Origin: a virus
Lineage: Duplodnaviria; Caudoviricetes
Virus record (IMG/VR): IMGVR_UViG_3300020047_008132
Coordinates: 4,325 to 68,324 of that record
Strand: one strand, 5' to 3'
DNA length: 64,000 nt
The notes beneath the pieces are model-generated. The model did no database searches. It worked only from the letters and a program-made list of their open reading frames with translations, and had not been told where the DNA came from. Positions 36,513-46,512 of this stretch are shown piece after piece (position 1 is the first letter of the stretch; each line of letters starts with the position of its first letter). The translations under genes and the position numbers were made by a program.

Positions 36513-37528
36513 AGCCGGGCCTCCACTGTTGTAAGCTGAGCGTGACATTCAATACACGAATCAGACAGGTCAATGTCAATGCCTGCCAGGGCGGTTTCTA
36601 AAAGCGACTTCCATTCTGTATCGTAATAATCTTTCAGTTCCTGGGCCTGCTTACGGTCAACGGTCGTGTACCTGTTAAGCCGGTTTGTGTTAATCCGGAA
36701 AGCCATCGTAACGGCTCCGATCAAATACTGCAATGGCAACGTGAATACGTCCTTATTGTTACAGATGAATGAATTGTAATTGCATTGAATAGCGACAATC
36801 GAAGAAAGCCCCGATGTGCTGCTGCCAATTGTAAGATTTGTGTCTGTAATGGTAGAAGATAATGCCGCGCTTTCTGCGCCTCTTATCCTCACCGATCCAC
36901 TTGCCCAATCGCAGAAGCAGTCAGCCGCTTGGCTGATGTCCTGGACGCAACTATCTACTAAAGTGGCGTCGTAGCCTACAAATATCCTGTAAGCGGAGTA
37001 TTTGCGGTTTACTGAAATAAGATTCCATCCTGTGGCAGGGTTTGTAAGGACAATGGTATCAAGTACAAGCCCTGTGGTAAGGTCAAATATTTTTATGTTT
37101 ACCGTCCCGGTAAATCCGGTGGTAACATAAAGCGAAAACGATTGAAAAGAAAACTGCTGAAATACTGAAGATACTAATCCGGATTCATTCTCAAAGGTCA
37201 GTTCGGCGGTGAAGCCACGCCACTTTGCGGCTGCCGCAACAGCCTGTGAGGTGTCAACGCGGCGCAGGAGGTCAACGGATTGTTGCACCGTCTTTATCCT
37301 ATACCGCTTCCGTAATTCCTTAATGATCTCTAAGTCAAGATGTCCGAGTGCTGTAGTCTGAATATCATCGTACACGCCTGCGAAGGTTGCCTGATCAGCG
37401 TTTGCGATCTTATCAAGCATGTCGAGCGACATCCCCGGAAGCGAGTTTATGTAAAGATCGCTTTCAGGCTCATCAAGCCCTGCGCAATTAAGTACCCCTA
37501 TCCAGTCGCGTAAGCATTCCATCTGCAA
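36509..37528 (-). CDS. Putative head-tail adaptor
   Basis: Directly after major capsid gene. Confidence 0.45.
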   Translation of the reverse strand: MQMECLRDWIGVLNCAGLDEPESDLYINSLPGMSLDMLDKIANADQATFAGVYDDIQTTALGHLDLEIIKELRKRYRIKTVQQSVDLLRRVDTSQAVAAAAKWRGFTAELTFENESGLVSSVFQQFSFQSFSLYVTTGFTGTVNIKIFDLTTGLVLDTIVLTNPATGWNLISVNRKYSAYRIFVGYDATLVDSCVQDISQAADCFCDWASGSVRIRGAESAALSSTITDTNLTIGSSTSGLSSIVAIQCNYNSFICNNKDVFTLPLQYLIGAVTMAFRINTNRLNRYTTVDRKQAQELKDYYDTEWKSLLETALAGIDIDLSDSCIECHAQLTTVEARL

Positions 37529-37538
37529 TGTTTTTAAA

Positions 37539-37576
37539 CAGGGGCGGGAAATCCTTGTCGGTCATCCCGCCCACTG
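37539..37576 (-). terminator. Hairpin after major capsid gene
   Basis: GGGCGGGA / TCCCGCCC stem. Confidence 0.45.
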
Positions 37577-37597
37577 TCGTCTTAGAAACTGTGGCTA

Positions 37598-38722
37598 CTA
37601 AGAGTTGGTGATCACGTAACGGAGCGTTCCATTGTTGCCAGTCAACCGGTCAGTACCAACGTAAGCGTCGGTAGGAATGTTGATCATGTCGAACATCTTC
37701 GAAATCATCAATTTCCACCCTTCCTTAATTGCCTGCGTTCCTGCATACGGTGCAGCAGCGATGGTCGTCGGACAGTTGATGCGCATCAGCTTTGCATCAA
37801 AAGTGATGAAACTGAGTGGGTTGCCGGAAATATCCGAAACCGGAAGATTGATGGTGAAGTTGAATGAAGTCTGCTTATCCCCTGCGAACGGACCTTTGTA
37901 TTTATTGTACGAAAGGATAGGGATGATTGCGCCAGGCTGGAATACTCCGATTTCATTTGTTCCCCATTCCGTTTGGGAAATAATGTCGTAGTAGTATTTG
38001 TAATCAGCTTCAAATCCGGCGGTATTAATGCCGTTTTGAGCGATACCCTTTGCCTTTTGCTGCATCACGTATTTATTGAACAGCCCCCCACCGACGATGA
38101 TAGGCGTTCCCTGTCCTTCGTTCAGTTGGTAGTCGTCCAATATTTCGCCAAGCCCTTCAGTGAACAGATTTACGTTTGTGTCATCATTGAAGTTGACAGT
38201 TTTGGTAGTCGTGGCATTTGCCACGTTTGTTCCCCATGCAAGTTCCTGTTTTGCAAGGAGTATGCGGTTCATCTTCGTGAACAAAGCGTTTGCCGCGTTC
38301 TTAACAGCGTCCAAATGCTCCTGCATAACACCAGGTGCGGCTGGTGCGCCTACGTTCACGGTACGGCTGGCAGCCTCAACGTAACGTGCAATCGTCCGGT
38401 CGTCAATGTAAATTCCCAACTCAACATATTTCGTTATGTCGGTTGTGATTTCATTGTACCAGGGAACGATATCAGGGTCGCATGATTCGGTAGTCCCTAC
38501 GAGGGATTCAGGGAATCGCGGCATGTATGAAATCCTCGCATTGCGGATATGTCCGTTTTCTTCGTAACCTTCATTGATTACGGTTCCTGCGAAATTGTTT
38601 TCGTTCAATGAACGAAGGAATCCGGGAGGAGTGATTTTTTTGCCTGGGTCGTTGCCATTGGCAACGTCGCCGAGGTGGTGTAGCAACGCGGATGCGTAGT
38701 TTTCAGCTACTGAATAAGCCAT
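37598..38722 (-). CDS. Major capsid protein
   Basis: 374 aa after scaffold; followed by hairpin. Confidence 0.7.
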   Translation of the reverse strand: MAYSVAENYASALLHHLGDVANGNDPGKKITPPGFLRSLNENNFAGTVINEGYEENGHIRNARISYMPRFPESLVGTTESCDPDIVPWYNEITTDITKYVELGIYIDDRTIARYVEAASRTVNVGAPAAPGVMQEHLDAVKNAANALFTKMNRILLAKQELAWGTNVANATTTKTVNFNDDTNVNLFTEGLGEILDDYQLNEGQGTPIIVGGGLFNKYVMQQKAKGIAQNGINTAGFEADYKYYYDIISQTEWGTNEIGVFQPGAIIPILSYNKYKGPFAGDKQTSFNFTINLPVSDISGNPLSFITFDAKLMRINCPTTIAAAPYAGTQAIKEGWKLMISKMFDMINIPTDAYVGTDRLTGNNGTLRYVITNS

Positions 38723-38760
38723 GATTATTTTAGTTTAGCGAGTGAAAAGATGCTCCACTG

Positions 38761-39639
38761 CTATTGTAGGCCAATGTCGGCCAGGGATTGCCTTGCGGCG
38801 TCCTGGAGGACTTGATTAACTTTCTGGCCATCAGCAGCAGGAGTAATGATTTTGCCGTTGCCTCCACTCGCGCCATTGGATGCCGCGCTGTTAGCCAGAA
38901 GTTTGTTCGTGTCAAGAACCTGTTTTGCGAAGTCGGGAAACTCCACCTTTTTATGAGCGGCATCATAATAATCCGTGCCGTCATTTTTTTGTAAGCGTAA
39001 AACGCCATCAGCTTTTACAACCCTCAACCCTTTAGATTGAAGTTCGTTGTTAAGAATTGAAAGCGATGTCTTTGTTTTCACCTCTACCGGCATTTCCTTT
39101 GGTAAGGAATAGTTGTACCCGGCAAGGTGACCTAATATGTCGTAATTCAAAAGTTCATTTTGATGCGCCTGACGCAAGGTGTCGGTTTCATGTTTGCTGT
39201 CAGCAACGATCTTGGCGATCTGCGCTTCAAGTGTATTGATTTTGGTTTGCAGTTCCGCTTTGTCGCCGCCTTTGCCTTCGAATTGCTTTGCGGTCAGGTC
39301 TTTAATTTTCTTTGCAAGCATTCCAACGCGCTTGTAAGATGATCTTTCCGTCTTCAGTTCGTTGATTGTGGATTCATCCAGGCCAAGTTCTGCCATTACA
39401 CGGTCTTGCTCTGCATCCAATCCATTCATGTGAGTCGCTTTGAAATGCGCTGATATGATGGAATTGTTTTTAGCCGCTTCGAGGGTGAATAAGTTTTCCT
39501 GCAAGGGTTTTGAAAAGTCTTCCGGCACTTCGATAGCTTCGAGTGCTGGATTTTTCAGGATTGCTTTAAACGCTTCAGCGTTAATGTCTATCCCGCTTTT
39601 CGCGGCGAGGTCTGAAAGAAGTGTATTGAGTTTTCCCAT
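38761..39639 (-). CDS. Capsid scaffolding protein
   Basis: Coiled coil, Gly-rich C-terminal linker, precedes capsid gene. Confidence 0.65.
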   Translation of the reverse strand: MGKLNTLLSDLAAKSGIDINAEAFKAILKNPALEAIEVPEDFSKPLQENLFTLEAAKNNSIISAHFKATHMNGLDAEQDRVMAELGLDESTINELKTERSSYKRVGMLAKKIKDLTAKQFEGKGGDKAELQTKINTLEAQIAKIVADSKHETDTLRQAHQNELLNYDILGHLAGYNYSLPKEMPVEVKTKTSLSILNNELQSKGLRVVKADGVLRLQKNDGTDYYDAAHKKVEFPDFAKQVLDTNKLLANSAASNGASGGNGKIITPAADGQKVNQVLQDAARQSLADIGLQ

Positions 39640-39707
39640 AATGATGGGTAAAAATAGTTGTTAAACAAATTGTTTGCTATCTAAATAGATTTTATATTTG
39701 TGGTAAA

Positions 39708-39935
39708 TTGCCACTAATGTGTTTATTCTCATTCAAAAAGATCAAGCATACGCCGAACGATATAGAACTTGTTTTTAGTAGCAGGGGTTTTTATTTTGTC
39801 AGAATTAATGGAGTGGCTGTGCAGGATAGTCTTACAAAAGACTTAGGAGAGGCTGAAATCTTCTTTGATGCGTATTGTGATCAAAAGAGAGGCACTCCAT
39901 TCATCCATACTGTAATTAAAAAAGTTACAATATGA
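39708..39935 (+). CDS. Small hypothetical protein
   Basis: Divergent; TATATTTG promoter box just upstream. Confidence 0.45.
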   Translation: MPLMCLFSFKKIKHTPNDIELVFSSRGFYFVRINGVAVQDSLTKDLGEAEIFFDAYCDQKRGTPFIHTVIKKVTI

Positions 39936-40123
39936 TCCAACCCGCCAAAGATTGCCGCCGTCCAGGAATGAAGCTGTGGCCTAAATATGTCCCTGCCGAC
40001 GTTCGGAAAATTGTGATAAGGAAGCAAGCGAAAATGATGGATGAGGCAAGTGGTGTTCGCAGTCAGGAAGCGGCTATTTATGCGATTATCAGGGAATGGG
40101 ATGAAATGAAAAATAAAGTTTAA
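39932..40123 (+). CDS. Small RHH-like regulator
   Basis: KYVPADVRKIVIRKQ..SQEAAIYAIIREW. Confidence 0.45.
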   Translation: MIQPAKDCRRPGMKLWPKYVPADVRKIVIRKQAKMMDEASGVRSQEAAIYAIIREWDEMKNKV

Positions 40124-43077
40124 AGATGCAACCTATACTTTTTAGTAAAAAGAAAGTCAATGTTTGCAAAGTTCTTTTCATCAGGCCGTCTAACGTATAG
40201 ATGTATCTCCCTTGCGGCCAATGGTAATATCTCAATGATGTAATTGATTGCCGTTGAAACTGTGTGAATCGTATTAGCCCGTTCAATAACCTTTGACCAG
40301 TCCAGCAAAGTAAAGCCTGCGACCTCTTTCATAAATACTTTTCGGTCACCACCGGATAAATGAACATTGACTTTGCCGGTACTATTGCTTCGAAAGGTTG
40401 AATTGATCAGATTGTATTTTTCACCGTCCTTTAATCCCAAGACATTATAATACAATTCATCCTCCTTTGCCGTGTCGCGCACCCATGAGCATCCGCGCCA
40501 GCCCTGCCAGTCCTTGCCAAAGTACAGATATTTTGATTTCATGCAGTCAGTAAATGGCAGTTTCAAAATACCATCAGCGAAACGAAGCGGGATAACGGTC
40601 GCGCCGTTTAAGTCATATTCATCCTTTCTTTCGTAGTCAATGGTAAGTATTGACTTATCAATGAATGTTATTTCCGGGAAGTGTTTTCCAATGGCTGCAT
40701 ATTGAGGGACCACCGGCACGATTATCTTATGTCCCTGGGAAATGAATTGTCGTAGTAAAGCAATGATAAACAAATGATCCCCCAACCCAAACGGCTGATT
40801 GATGATTAATACCTCTTGACGTTTTTTGTCTTGACTATTTTTGTCAATAGTTGTAACTTCAACAGGCTTAACAACTTTAGAAACTGTCTGTTTATCCAAC
40901 ATCGTTACCGGCTTCTTTTCCGTCCCATTCAAACAGGTGAACCCATGAAACCCAAACTCATTAGTATAGTATTTCTTTTCCTGGCGTCCATGCCCTTCGA
41001 TACTGAATTTCCGTGCGGCCTCCTCTGAAGCATACCTGATGCCATACTTACGTTCAAGATAACGCCTGTAAGTCCTGCAAATATGGTGATCCTCAGGATG
41101 GGTAAGCCTTATCTGTGGATCCGTCGCTACAATCTCCATTAGTCGCTTTGAACGCAAAGAAAACCCGCCGTTACCGACGTTCATGCCGTCCCTATGCCAC
41201 CATGTCGCGCCAATGTAGTCGAATTGCAAAAATGCGCTATCCCATGCCGCCGGGTTCTTTACATATCCGTCCGACTGGACGATAAGGACAAATTCTGTGT
41301 CAATGTATTTGTATAGCTCCTTTACAATGAAATGGGAATAATCTTCAATTTTATCAAGCGGAGCAATTGGGACACGAAAAACACTCCAGGCATCGCCTAA
41401 TGTTTCTGTGGATGCCGACGTAATGAATTTATGCGCTCCAAACTTTATGCGCATTGTACATTCATTCATTGCGATAACTCCATCTTTAATCTTATCACAG
41501 TTGACCGTCACGAGCGTAACGTTTGGCAGGTGTAGTCTTTTGTCTTCCGGCTCAATAGGTTCGCCTAATGGCTTAATTTCGACCAAATCGGCGAAATTGG
41601 AATTTTCATCTTCAAATTCGTCAAAAATTGTCCCGCTTTGTGCTAATGTATGGGCTTTCAGCAAAAAAGCGTGATCATGCGCCGTGTGCATAGCGGCAAT
41701 AAATTCATCTTTTGAATACGACCGCCCATTCATTCCAATGAAATTATAAATCGGAAATAATGTGTCCGCAATCATCTTTGTATTTTCCTCTAAATCAGGG
41801 AACCAACCTGGATGAAATGCTATGTAAATATTTGGCTTATGCTTCTCCAAATAATCTGACATCTGTGGAAGCAGCAACACCTCCCCGGCCTCAATATCAA
41901 TTTTTATCAGGCACACTTCGCCAATGTCAATATTGTTTTCAGCGATAAAGGATTCAAGTGTCAGCGACTTTACTTTTTCTATTGCAGCATACTTATTAAA
42001 TCTTACAACCATGCTGCTTTCAGAATCCCCAAACTCTCCCTTTGCATTGAGATCAATTTCGCCGTTCACATTCCCAATAGCCAATTTGTGAACTGAAATA
42101 TCAGCCCTATTGATTTTTACATTTTCATCCAATATTTTATGGATTCCTTTATCCGGCTCCGCCGCGTAACACTTTGCTCCAAGTTTTGAAGCGTATAAAG
42201 AAACCGCCCCATTCCATGCCCCGATATCAATAAATACTTTGCCAGGAACAATCTCTTTGTCGAATACATCAAATGTTTCTGGCTCCCATTCATTGCGTGA
42301 TACACGGCCCCACCATTCGAAGTGATTTTTATCTGAGTAATATATTTTCTTACCCCTTACGAAAACATGATCAGCTTCATCCATTACAAAATCATCTGCA
42401 ACGTCCATCGGCTCGTTTCCTGCGCTATGTCCCATACTTGAATTTATACCAATGTGTTGAACAACTGACGGGACGGTGCAAACCGCCCCTCCTGAATTCT
42501 TGCAAGCCTCCGCGTCCCAATTTACGAGTCGTTTCATTCCTTTTTCTAAGGCTGGCAAAATCCATTTTTGGTATTGGTCCCGGTCAAAGCACATATTTAT
42601 TCCGCCAACTGATGACTTGATATTATACCCTTCACCAGCTTCGATTATAGGGTGTCTTTCGGTCCCGTTTGCGTTTTTTGTAAGGCAGTTGAAGCCGGTA
42701 ACTATCTTGTCGGGGAACTTTTCCTTTAGGGATATGATCTTTTCGATGAAATCTGGACGGACGATTGCGTCACTGTCGAGATTCATTACGATGTCGCAGA
42801 CTGGATTATCACCCCTGATTAATGAGGGGTAAAACAAATGTTCAATTCCTTTGTCAAGACAAACACAAACCCCGCTATTCCTATCCCTTGTTATGATTGT
42901 AGCATTCAATAATACTGAAGCGTGATTTAAAATATTCACAGTTTCTTTATCAGTGCTTTTGTCATCAACAAAAACAATTTCCGTCCCTTCAGGAATCCGC
43001 GCCGCCTTCAAACTGTCAAGGCATTGGCGCAAGTAGTCAGCGCGATTGTAACATGGTATTACGATTCCTAATTTCAT
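40120..43077 (-). CDS. Multidomain GT2 - FkbM methyltransferase - DUF5672-like - GT-B-like protein
   Basis: IVIPCYNR..LDSD; DIGAWNG..KIDIEAGE; FDYIGATW..VGNGGFSLRS; QPFGLGD..STAINY. Confidence 0.8.
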   Translation of the reverse strand: MKLGIVIPCYNRADYLRQCLDSLKAARIPEGTEIVFVDDKSTDKETVNILNHASVLLNATIITRDRNSGVCVCLDKGIEHLFYPSLIRGDNPVCDIVMNLDSDAIVRPDFIEKIISLKEKFPDKIVTGFNCLTKNANGTERHPIIEAGEGYNIKSSVGGINMCFDRDQYQKWILPALEKGMKRLVNWDAEACKNSGGAVCTVPSVVQHIGINSSMGHSAGNEPMDVADDFVMDEADHVFVRGKKIYYSDKNHFEWWGRVSRNEWEPETFDVFDKEIVPGKVFIDIGAWNGAVSLYASKLGAKCYAAEPDKGIHKILDENVKINRADISVHKLAIGNVNGEIDLNAKGEFGDSESSMVVRFNKYAAIEKVKSLTLESFIAENNIDIGEVCLIKIDIEAGEVLLLPQMSDYLEKHKPNIYIAFHPGWFPDLEENTKMIADTLFPIYNFIGMNGRSYSKDEFIAAMHTAHDHAFLLKAHTLAQSGTIFDEFEDENSNFADLVEIKPLGEPIEPEDKRLHLPNVTLVTVNCDKIKDGVIAMNECTMRIKFGAHKFITSASTETLGDAWSVFRVPIAPLDKIEDYSHFIVKELYKYIDTEFVLIVQSDGYVKNPAAWDSAFLQFDYIGATWWHRDGMNVGNGGFSLRSKRLMEIVATDPQIRLTHPEDHHICRTYRRYLERKYGIRYASEEAARKFSIEGHGRQEKKYYTNEFGFHGFTCLNGTEKKPVTMLDKQTVSKVVKPVEVTTIDKNSQDKKRQEVLIINQPFGLGDHLFIIALLRQFISQGHKIIVPVVPQYAAIGKHFPEITFIDKSILTIDYERKDEYDLNGATVIPLRFADGILKLPFTDCMKSKYLYFGKDWQGWRGCSWVRDTAKEDELYYNVLGLKDGEKYNLINSTFRSNSTGKVNVHLSGGDRKVFMKEVAGFTLLDWSKVIERANTIHTVSTAINYIIEILPLAAREIHLYVRRPDEKNFANIDFLFTKKYRLHL

Positions 43078-43322
43078 ACAAATGGATTTTCTGTATAAAG
43101 CGAAACGGGGGGCATTCCATTTCCTGCAACCTGTAAATATACTACTCCGGTTTTTGCAATCTCTTCTAAGTCTTCTTTATTAAAAGCCCATTTAGTAATA
43201 ACAACCGGAATTCCTTCGTGGTCTTGCCCCTTAAATGCGCTTACTGACATACATTGCTCATCAGTCATTCCTTCCGGCTTGTTGAATGTAATGTTTGCTT
43301 CTTTAAATTCTATTGGTAGCAT
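43074..43322 (-). CDS. Hypothetical phage protein
   Basis: MLPIEFKEAN..PEGMTDEQC family. Confidence 0.6.
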   Translation of the reverse strand: MLPIEFKEANITFNKPEGMTDEQCMSVSAFKGQDHEGIPVVITKWAFNKEDLEEIAKTGVVYLQVAGNGMPPVSLYTENPFV

Positions 43323-43332
43323 GATTGATATT

Positions 43333-44097
43333 TTAGTAAATTATTTCAATTAACCTTTCCCTTGCCGAATCACTAAACAAATGAAGCCCCAGTTTGTACG
43401 GCTGAAACCCTCCGGCATGATGCAGCACCTTAATCTTCTTTCCAAAAAATACAAGTTCATGATCTATGACCCCTATTGATTTCCAACTATCCCAATGTGA
43501 CTGCTCGCCAAAATCAACCCCTCGTAAAGAGTTTTCTCCGGCTAATACCGAAACACCATAGTGAGTATCGCTATCAATACGATCAATAATTCCCCATCTG
43601 TAATTGTCAACAATGGTGTTCAATACAGACTGCGAGCCAAAAGGAAGCATACCGGCAAACTTCCTGTTTTCAGCAAGCCATTCTGAAATAAACGCTTTCG
43701 AAGTGGTTGCCACGAGTCCGGCATTGACATAAGTGTTTACGTCCTTTCCCGCTTGCGTTATTGGGTCGCTGGTTCCGGCCTTTCCATAGTCGTTATTGTT
43801 GCGCACGCATACCACCTCGTAAATTTCAAGCAGCTTGAAAAGCTCATCCAATGAGCCGGCAATAATACTGTCCGCATCAAAATAGACAACAGCATCAAAG
43901 TCACCTTTAGCCATCGTCCATTCCATTACAAGCGGATGCAGTGATTCAATCGGCATTCCTGCGCCTTCAATGTCCTTTGTGCCATACATAAATAAAGGAA
44001 TATCATAGTGAAAGTATTTGGCTGACGCAATCAGTTTGTCGGCCCCGAAGGAATAGAAATACTTATCAGAGCAGTACGTGCAAAAAGCAATCTTCAT
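43333..44097 (-). CDS. GT-A (GT8-like) glycosyltransferase
   Basis: YFDADS DxD, VNAGLV, QSVLN, LHHAG. Confidence 0.75.
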   Translation of the reverse strand: MKIAFCTYCSDKYFYSFGADKLIASAKYFHYDIPLFMYGTKDIEGAGMPIESLHPLVMEWTMAKGDFDAVVYFDADSIIAGSLDELFKLLEIYEVVCVRNNNDYGKAGTSDPITQAGKDVNTYVNAGLVATTSKAFISEWLAENRKFAGMLPFGSQSVLNTIVDNYRWGIIDRIDSDTHYGVSVLAGENSLRGVDFGEQSHWDSWKSIGVIDHELVFFGKKIKVLHHAGGFQPYKLGLHLFSDSARERLIEIIY

Positions 44098-44477
44098 AGA
44101 ATTTCAATTTTAAATGGTGAAGTGCCTAATATCTCCATGACCAGGTCATAAGCATCCCTGCTTTGCAGTATCGTGTCACGGTCTCGCTGAAGCCCTACCA
44201 ATATGCAGCCGTGAGTATCTTTTGCAGTGTTCCCTGCGTGAATGCGCACCCCTTCAAACCCTGGCACATTGAGCAACAGCGGCATCATTCGTTTAAACCG
44301 ATTTGAGACGTTCACAATGCCGTTATATGTTCCTTTGGGGATGGCAGTTGCGCCAAATACCTTTACAGGCCGCTCCACGTCCTCAAGCGTGTAGCACACA
44401 AATTCGCCGTTGACAAACATTTCCCCGGCTGTACTTTGATCAGTTGACTTTTCGCGGATTACTGTTATTTCTATCAT
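44094..44477 (-). CDS. DUF5675-like putative endolysin
   Basis: YTLED..TAIPKGTY..GVRIHAGN..GCILVG. Confidence 0.75.
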   Translation of the reverse strand: MIEITVIREKSTDQSTAGEMFVNGEFVCYTLEDVERPVKVFGATAIPKGTYNGIVNVSNRFKRMMPLLLNVPGFEGVRIHAGNTAKDTHGCILVGLQRDRDTILQSRDAYDLVMEILGTSPFKIEIL

Positions 44478-44917
44478 GGCAGTTTGTTTTTAAACGGATT
44501 CAATTTACTTGCTAACCAAAAAAGCAACAGCCCAAAGCATAACAAGGCAAATAAAAGCAGTGTAAAGTCAAGTAGCGTCTTGCCCAAACTTTTACGTTCC
44601 TTAATAACCGGATTAACTGTATTAGTCTGCACCATCACCTCTTTGATAATCGTGTCCGTAGCACATTCACCAAACACATGAATTGTATCATTGTACCTTA
44701 CAACCTTAACATGGAGCCGCTCCTTATCCATATAGAACGTATCTATTGACTTGGAAAAGATAAACGTGCTGTCAGCCCTTACGGCCTCAATGATCGTAGT
44801 GTCTGATTTGTAGATGGTATCAATACCAACAAGTTCGGGATTCTTTTTGACCAACCGCCCAAGCCGTTGGGCCGGACTGCATGATTGAAGCAGAAGTAAA
44901 ACGATGATTATTCTCAT
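44474..44917 (-). CDS. Lipoprotein with C-terminal TM (u-spanin-like)
   Basis: LLQSC lipobox, beta-rich middle, C-terminal TM; beside lysin. Confidence 0.6.
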   Translation of the reverse strand: MRIIIVLLLLQSCSPAQRLGRLVKKNPELVGIDTIYKSDTTIIEAVRADSTFIFSKSIDTFYMDKERLHVKVVRYNDTIHVFGECATDTIIKEVMVQTNTVNPVIKERKSLGKTLLDFTLLLFALLCFGLLLFWLASKLNPFKNKLP

Positions 44918-45423
44918 ATTTTTTCAGCAAAAGCGGTGAATGAATTGTAAGCGTCCAATTCGCTTACAAAAATGTTTTTATATTTTCCGGATGCGACAAA
45001 ATAGTCCTTTATCATATCCGGTACAAAAGCGTTTATGTGTTTCCGGTTTGAATAAGGACGCCAATAAAGCTGATTCCAATGCGGGAGGTAAAGAAACATT
45101 ACCCCGCCTGACCGTAAGCAATCCGTCCAGTGGTTAAGGTGCGCAACCCAATCATTGAGATGCTCAAGACAATGCGAACTGAATATCCCATCGGCATAAT
45201 TTAAAGGAAGATTCATTGCATCCCGCAAATCTTCATCCTTACAATTTTTATCAATTCCAATTGCCCCTGGAAATTTCCACTCCTCGCGACCATATCCAAT
45301 GTCGAATATTATACCTTCTTTCAGAACTTCTTTTGCAAATGGAAGGGCAAATCTGGCAGCGTTGCCATCGGCCTGGAATGCCGGATAATTCACGCCTCTA
45401 AAGGTTACTGTTTCTATTGGCAT
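44914..45423 (-). CDS. Class I SAM-dependent methyltransferase
   Basis: FDIGYG, FSSHCLEHL, LRSGGVM. Confidence 0.8.
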   Translation of the reverse strand: MPIETVTFRGVNYPAFQADGNAARFALPFAKEVLKEGIIFDIGYGREEWKFPGAIGIDKNCKDEDLRDAMNLPLNYADGIFSSHCLEHLNDWVAHLNHWTDCLRSGGVMFLYLPHWNQLYWRPYSNRKHINAFVPDMIKDYFVASGKYKNIFVSELDAYNSFTAFAEKI

Positions 45424-45427
45424 TTGA

Positions 45428-45435
45428 CAAAAATA
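45428..45435 (-). promoter_or_regulatory. Bacteroidota -7 promoter element
   Basis: TATTTTTG immediately upstream of the late block. Confidence 0.5.
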
Positions 45436-45453
45436 ACTATTTTTAGTATATTC

Positions 45454-45714
45454 TTATTTCGCTTTGTAGGCAATGTGTCCTTTTAAAAAGGTGTTAATCT
45501 CAACAGTCCCGCCGATCGCTTCGACAATCAATATCAGCGTCTTTACAGTACAATTTCTACCAGCCTCAATGTCAACAATGGTCGCCTGGCGTACTCCGGT
45601 TTTTTCGCAAAGTTCCTTTTGAGTAAGTCCTGACGCCTTACGAAGCGTTTTGATAGCCTCGGCAATTTTCAATCTTGACTTCTTTGGATTTGCTGTATTC
45701 TTATTCTTATTCAT
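45454..45714 (-). CDS. XRE-family HTH regulator
   Basis: LRKASGLTQKELCEKTGVRQATIVDIEAG. Confidence 0.85.
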   Translation of the reverse strand: MNKNKNTANPKKSRLKIAEAIKTLRKASGLTQKELCEKTGVRQATIVDIEAGRNCTVKTLILIVEAIGGTVEINTFLKGHIAYKAK

Positions 45715-45892
45715 TAATTATGGTTATTAGTTCTTTGATCTTGTTGCGCGAAACAAACTTTCTGTCAAGATACCATCCAAGTGTTCCGTTCTTTATTACT
45801 CTTTTCACAGGCTGAAGCCCCTTTTTGAAGACATCCATTCCCTGTAATGTGTATTTTTCATGTCCCCTAATTTGATATTGTTTTTCAGGCAT
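45707..45892 (-). CDS. Hypothetical protein
   Basis: ORF. Confidence 0.5.
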   Translation of the reverse strand: MPEKQYQIRGHEKYTLQGMDVFKKGLQPVKRVIKNGTLGWYLDRKFVSRNKIKELITIINE

Positions 45893-45922
45893 TTGTGATT
45901 TTTTTATTCGTCAAGCCTGGTG

Positions 45923-46450
45923 TTAGTGGCAATAGTTAAGAAACTCCGTCTTACCATTGTAACCTTTCGACATTTGGAGAATACAGGTTTGCACCCTTGC
46001 TCCGTTAAATATGCTTCTTGGTAAGTGAGTAATGCTTACCAATCCAAACTCAATGATATCACTCGTTCTTTTTTGCCCGTTTATCACAGTCAACCAAGGC
46101 ATTAAAGCAATAATGTTATCGCTCATTTCCATACACTCATACAAAATTTTATATCCTTTTGCCATTGGCGTAAATGGTGGGTTCATTACCACCCAATCAA
46201 ATCTCTGTTTTTCCATAGCAAAAAAATCTTGTGGCTCAATTACAGTTCCTTTATGCTTTAATGCCTTTACCAAGTTTCCTAATCCGCTTGTAGGTTCTAA
46301 AATTGTTCCTGCGTTATCAGGCAAAAAAGAACTCATATAGTTGCAAACCTTTTCTGGTGTTTGAAATCCTGCAATACTACTGCCACTAACATCCGCTATA
46401 AGTAATGGCGGGTTCTGTGGTAAATCAATGTTTTTGCTTTCTATTATCAT
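45923..46450 (-). CDS. Small N6-adenine DNA methyltransferase-like protein
   Basis: FQTP, ILEPTSGLG, VMNPPF; start inside attC loop, stop in core site. Confidence 0.8.
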   Translation of the reverse strand: MIIESKNIDLPQNPPLLIADVSGSSIAGFQTPEKVCNYMSSFLPDNAGTILEPTSGLGNLVKALKHKGTVIEPQDFFAMEKQRFDWVVMNPPFTPMAKGYKILYECMEMSDNIIALMPWLTVINGQKRTSDIIEFGLVSITHLPRSIFNGARVQTCILQMSKGYNGKTEFLNYCH

Positions 46451-46512
46451 TTGTGTATAATTCAAAGTGAGTAGTCCTAAATCCGCCACTACTCATAGCG
46501 GAAACGTTATAA
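46384..46512 (+). repeat. attC-like site
   Basis: CACTAAC...GTTATAA; stem CCGCTATAAGTAATGGCGG / CCGCCACTACTCATAGCGG. Confidence 0.85.
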
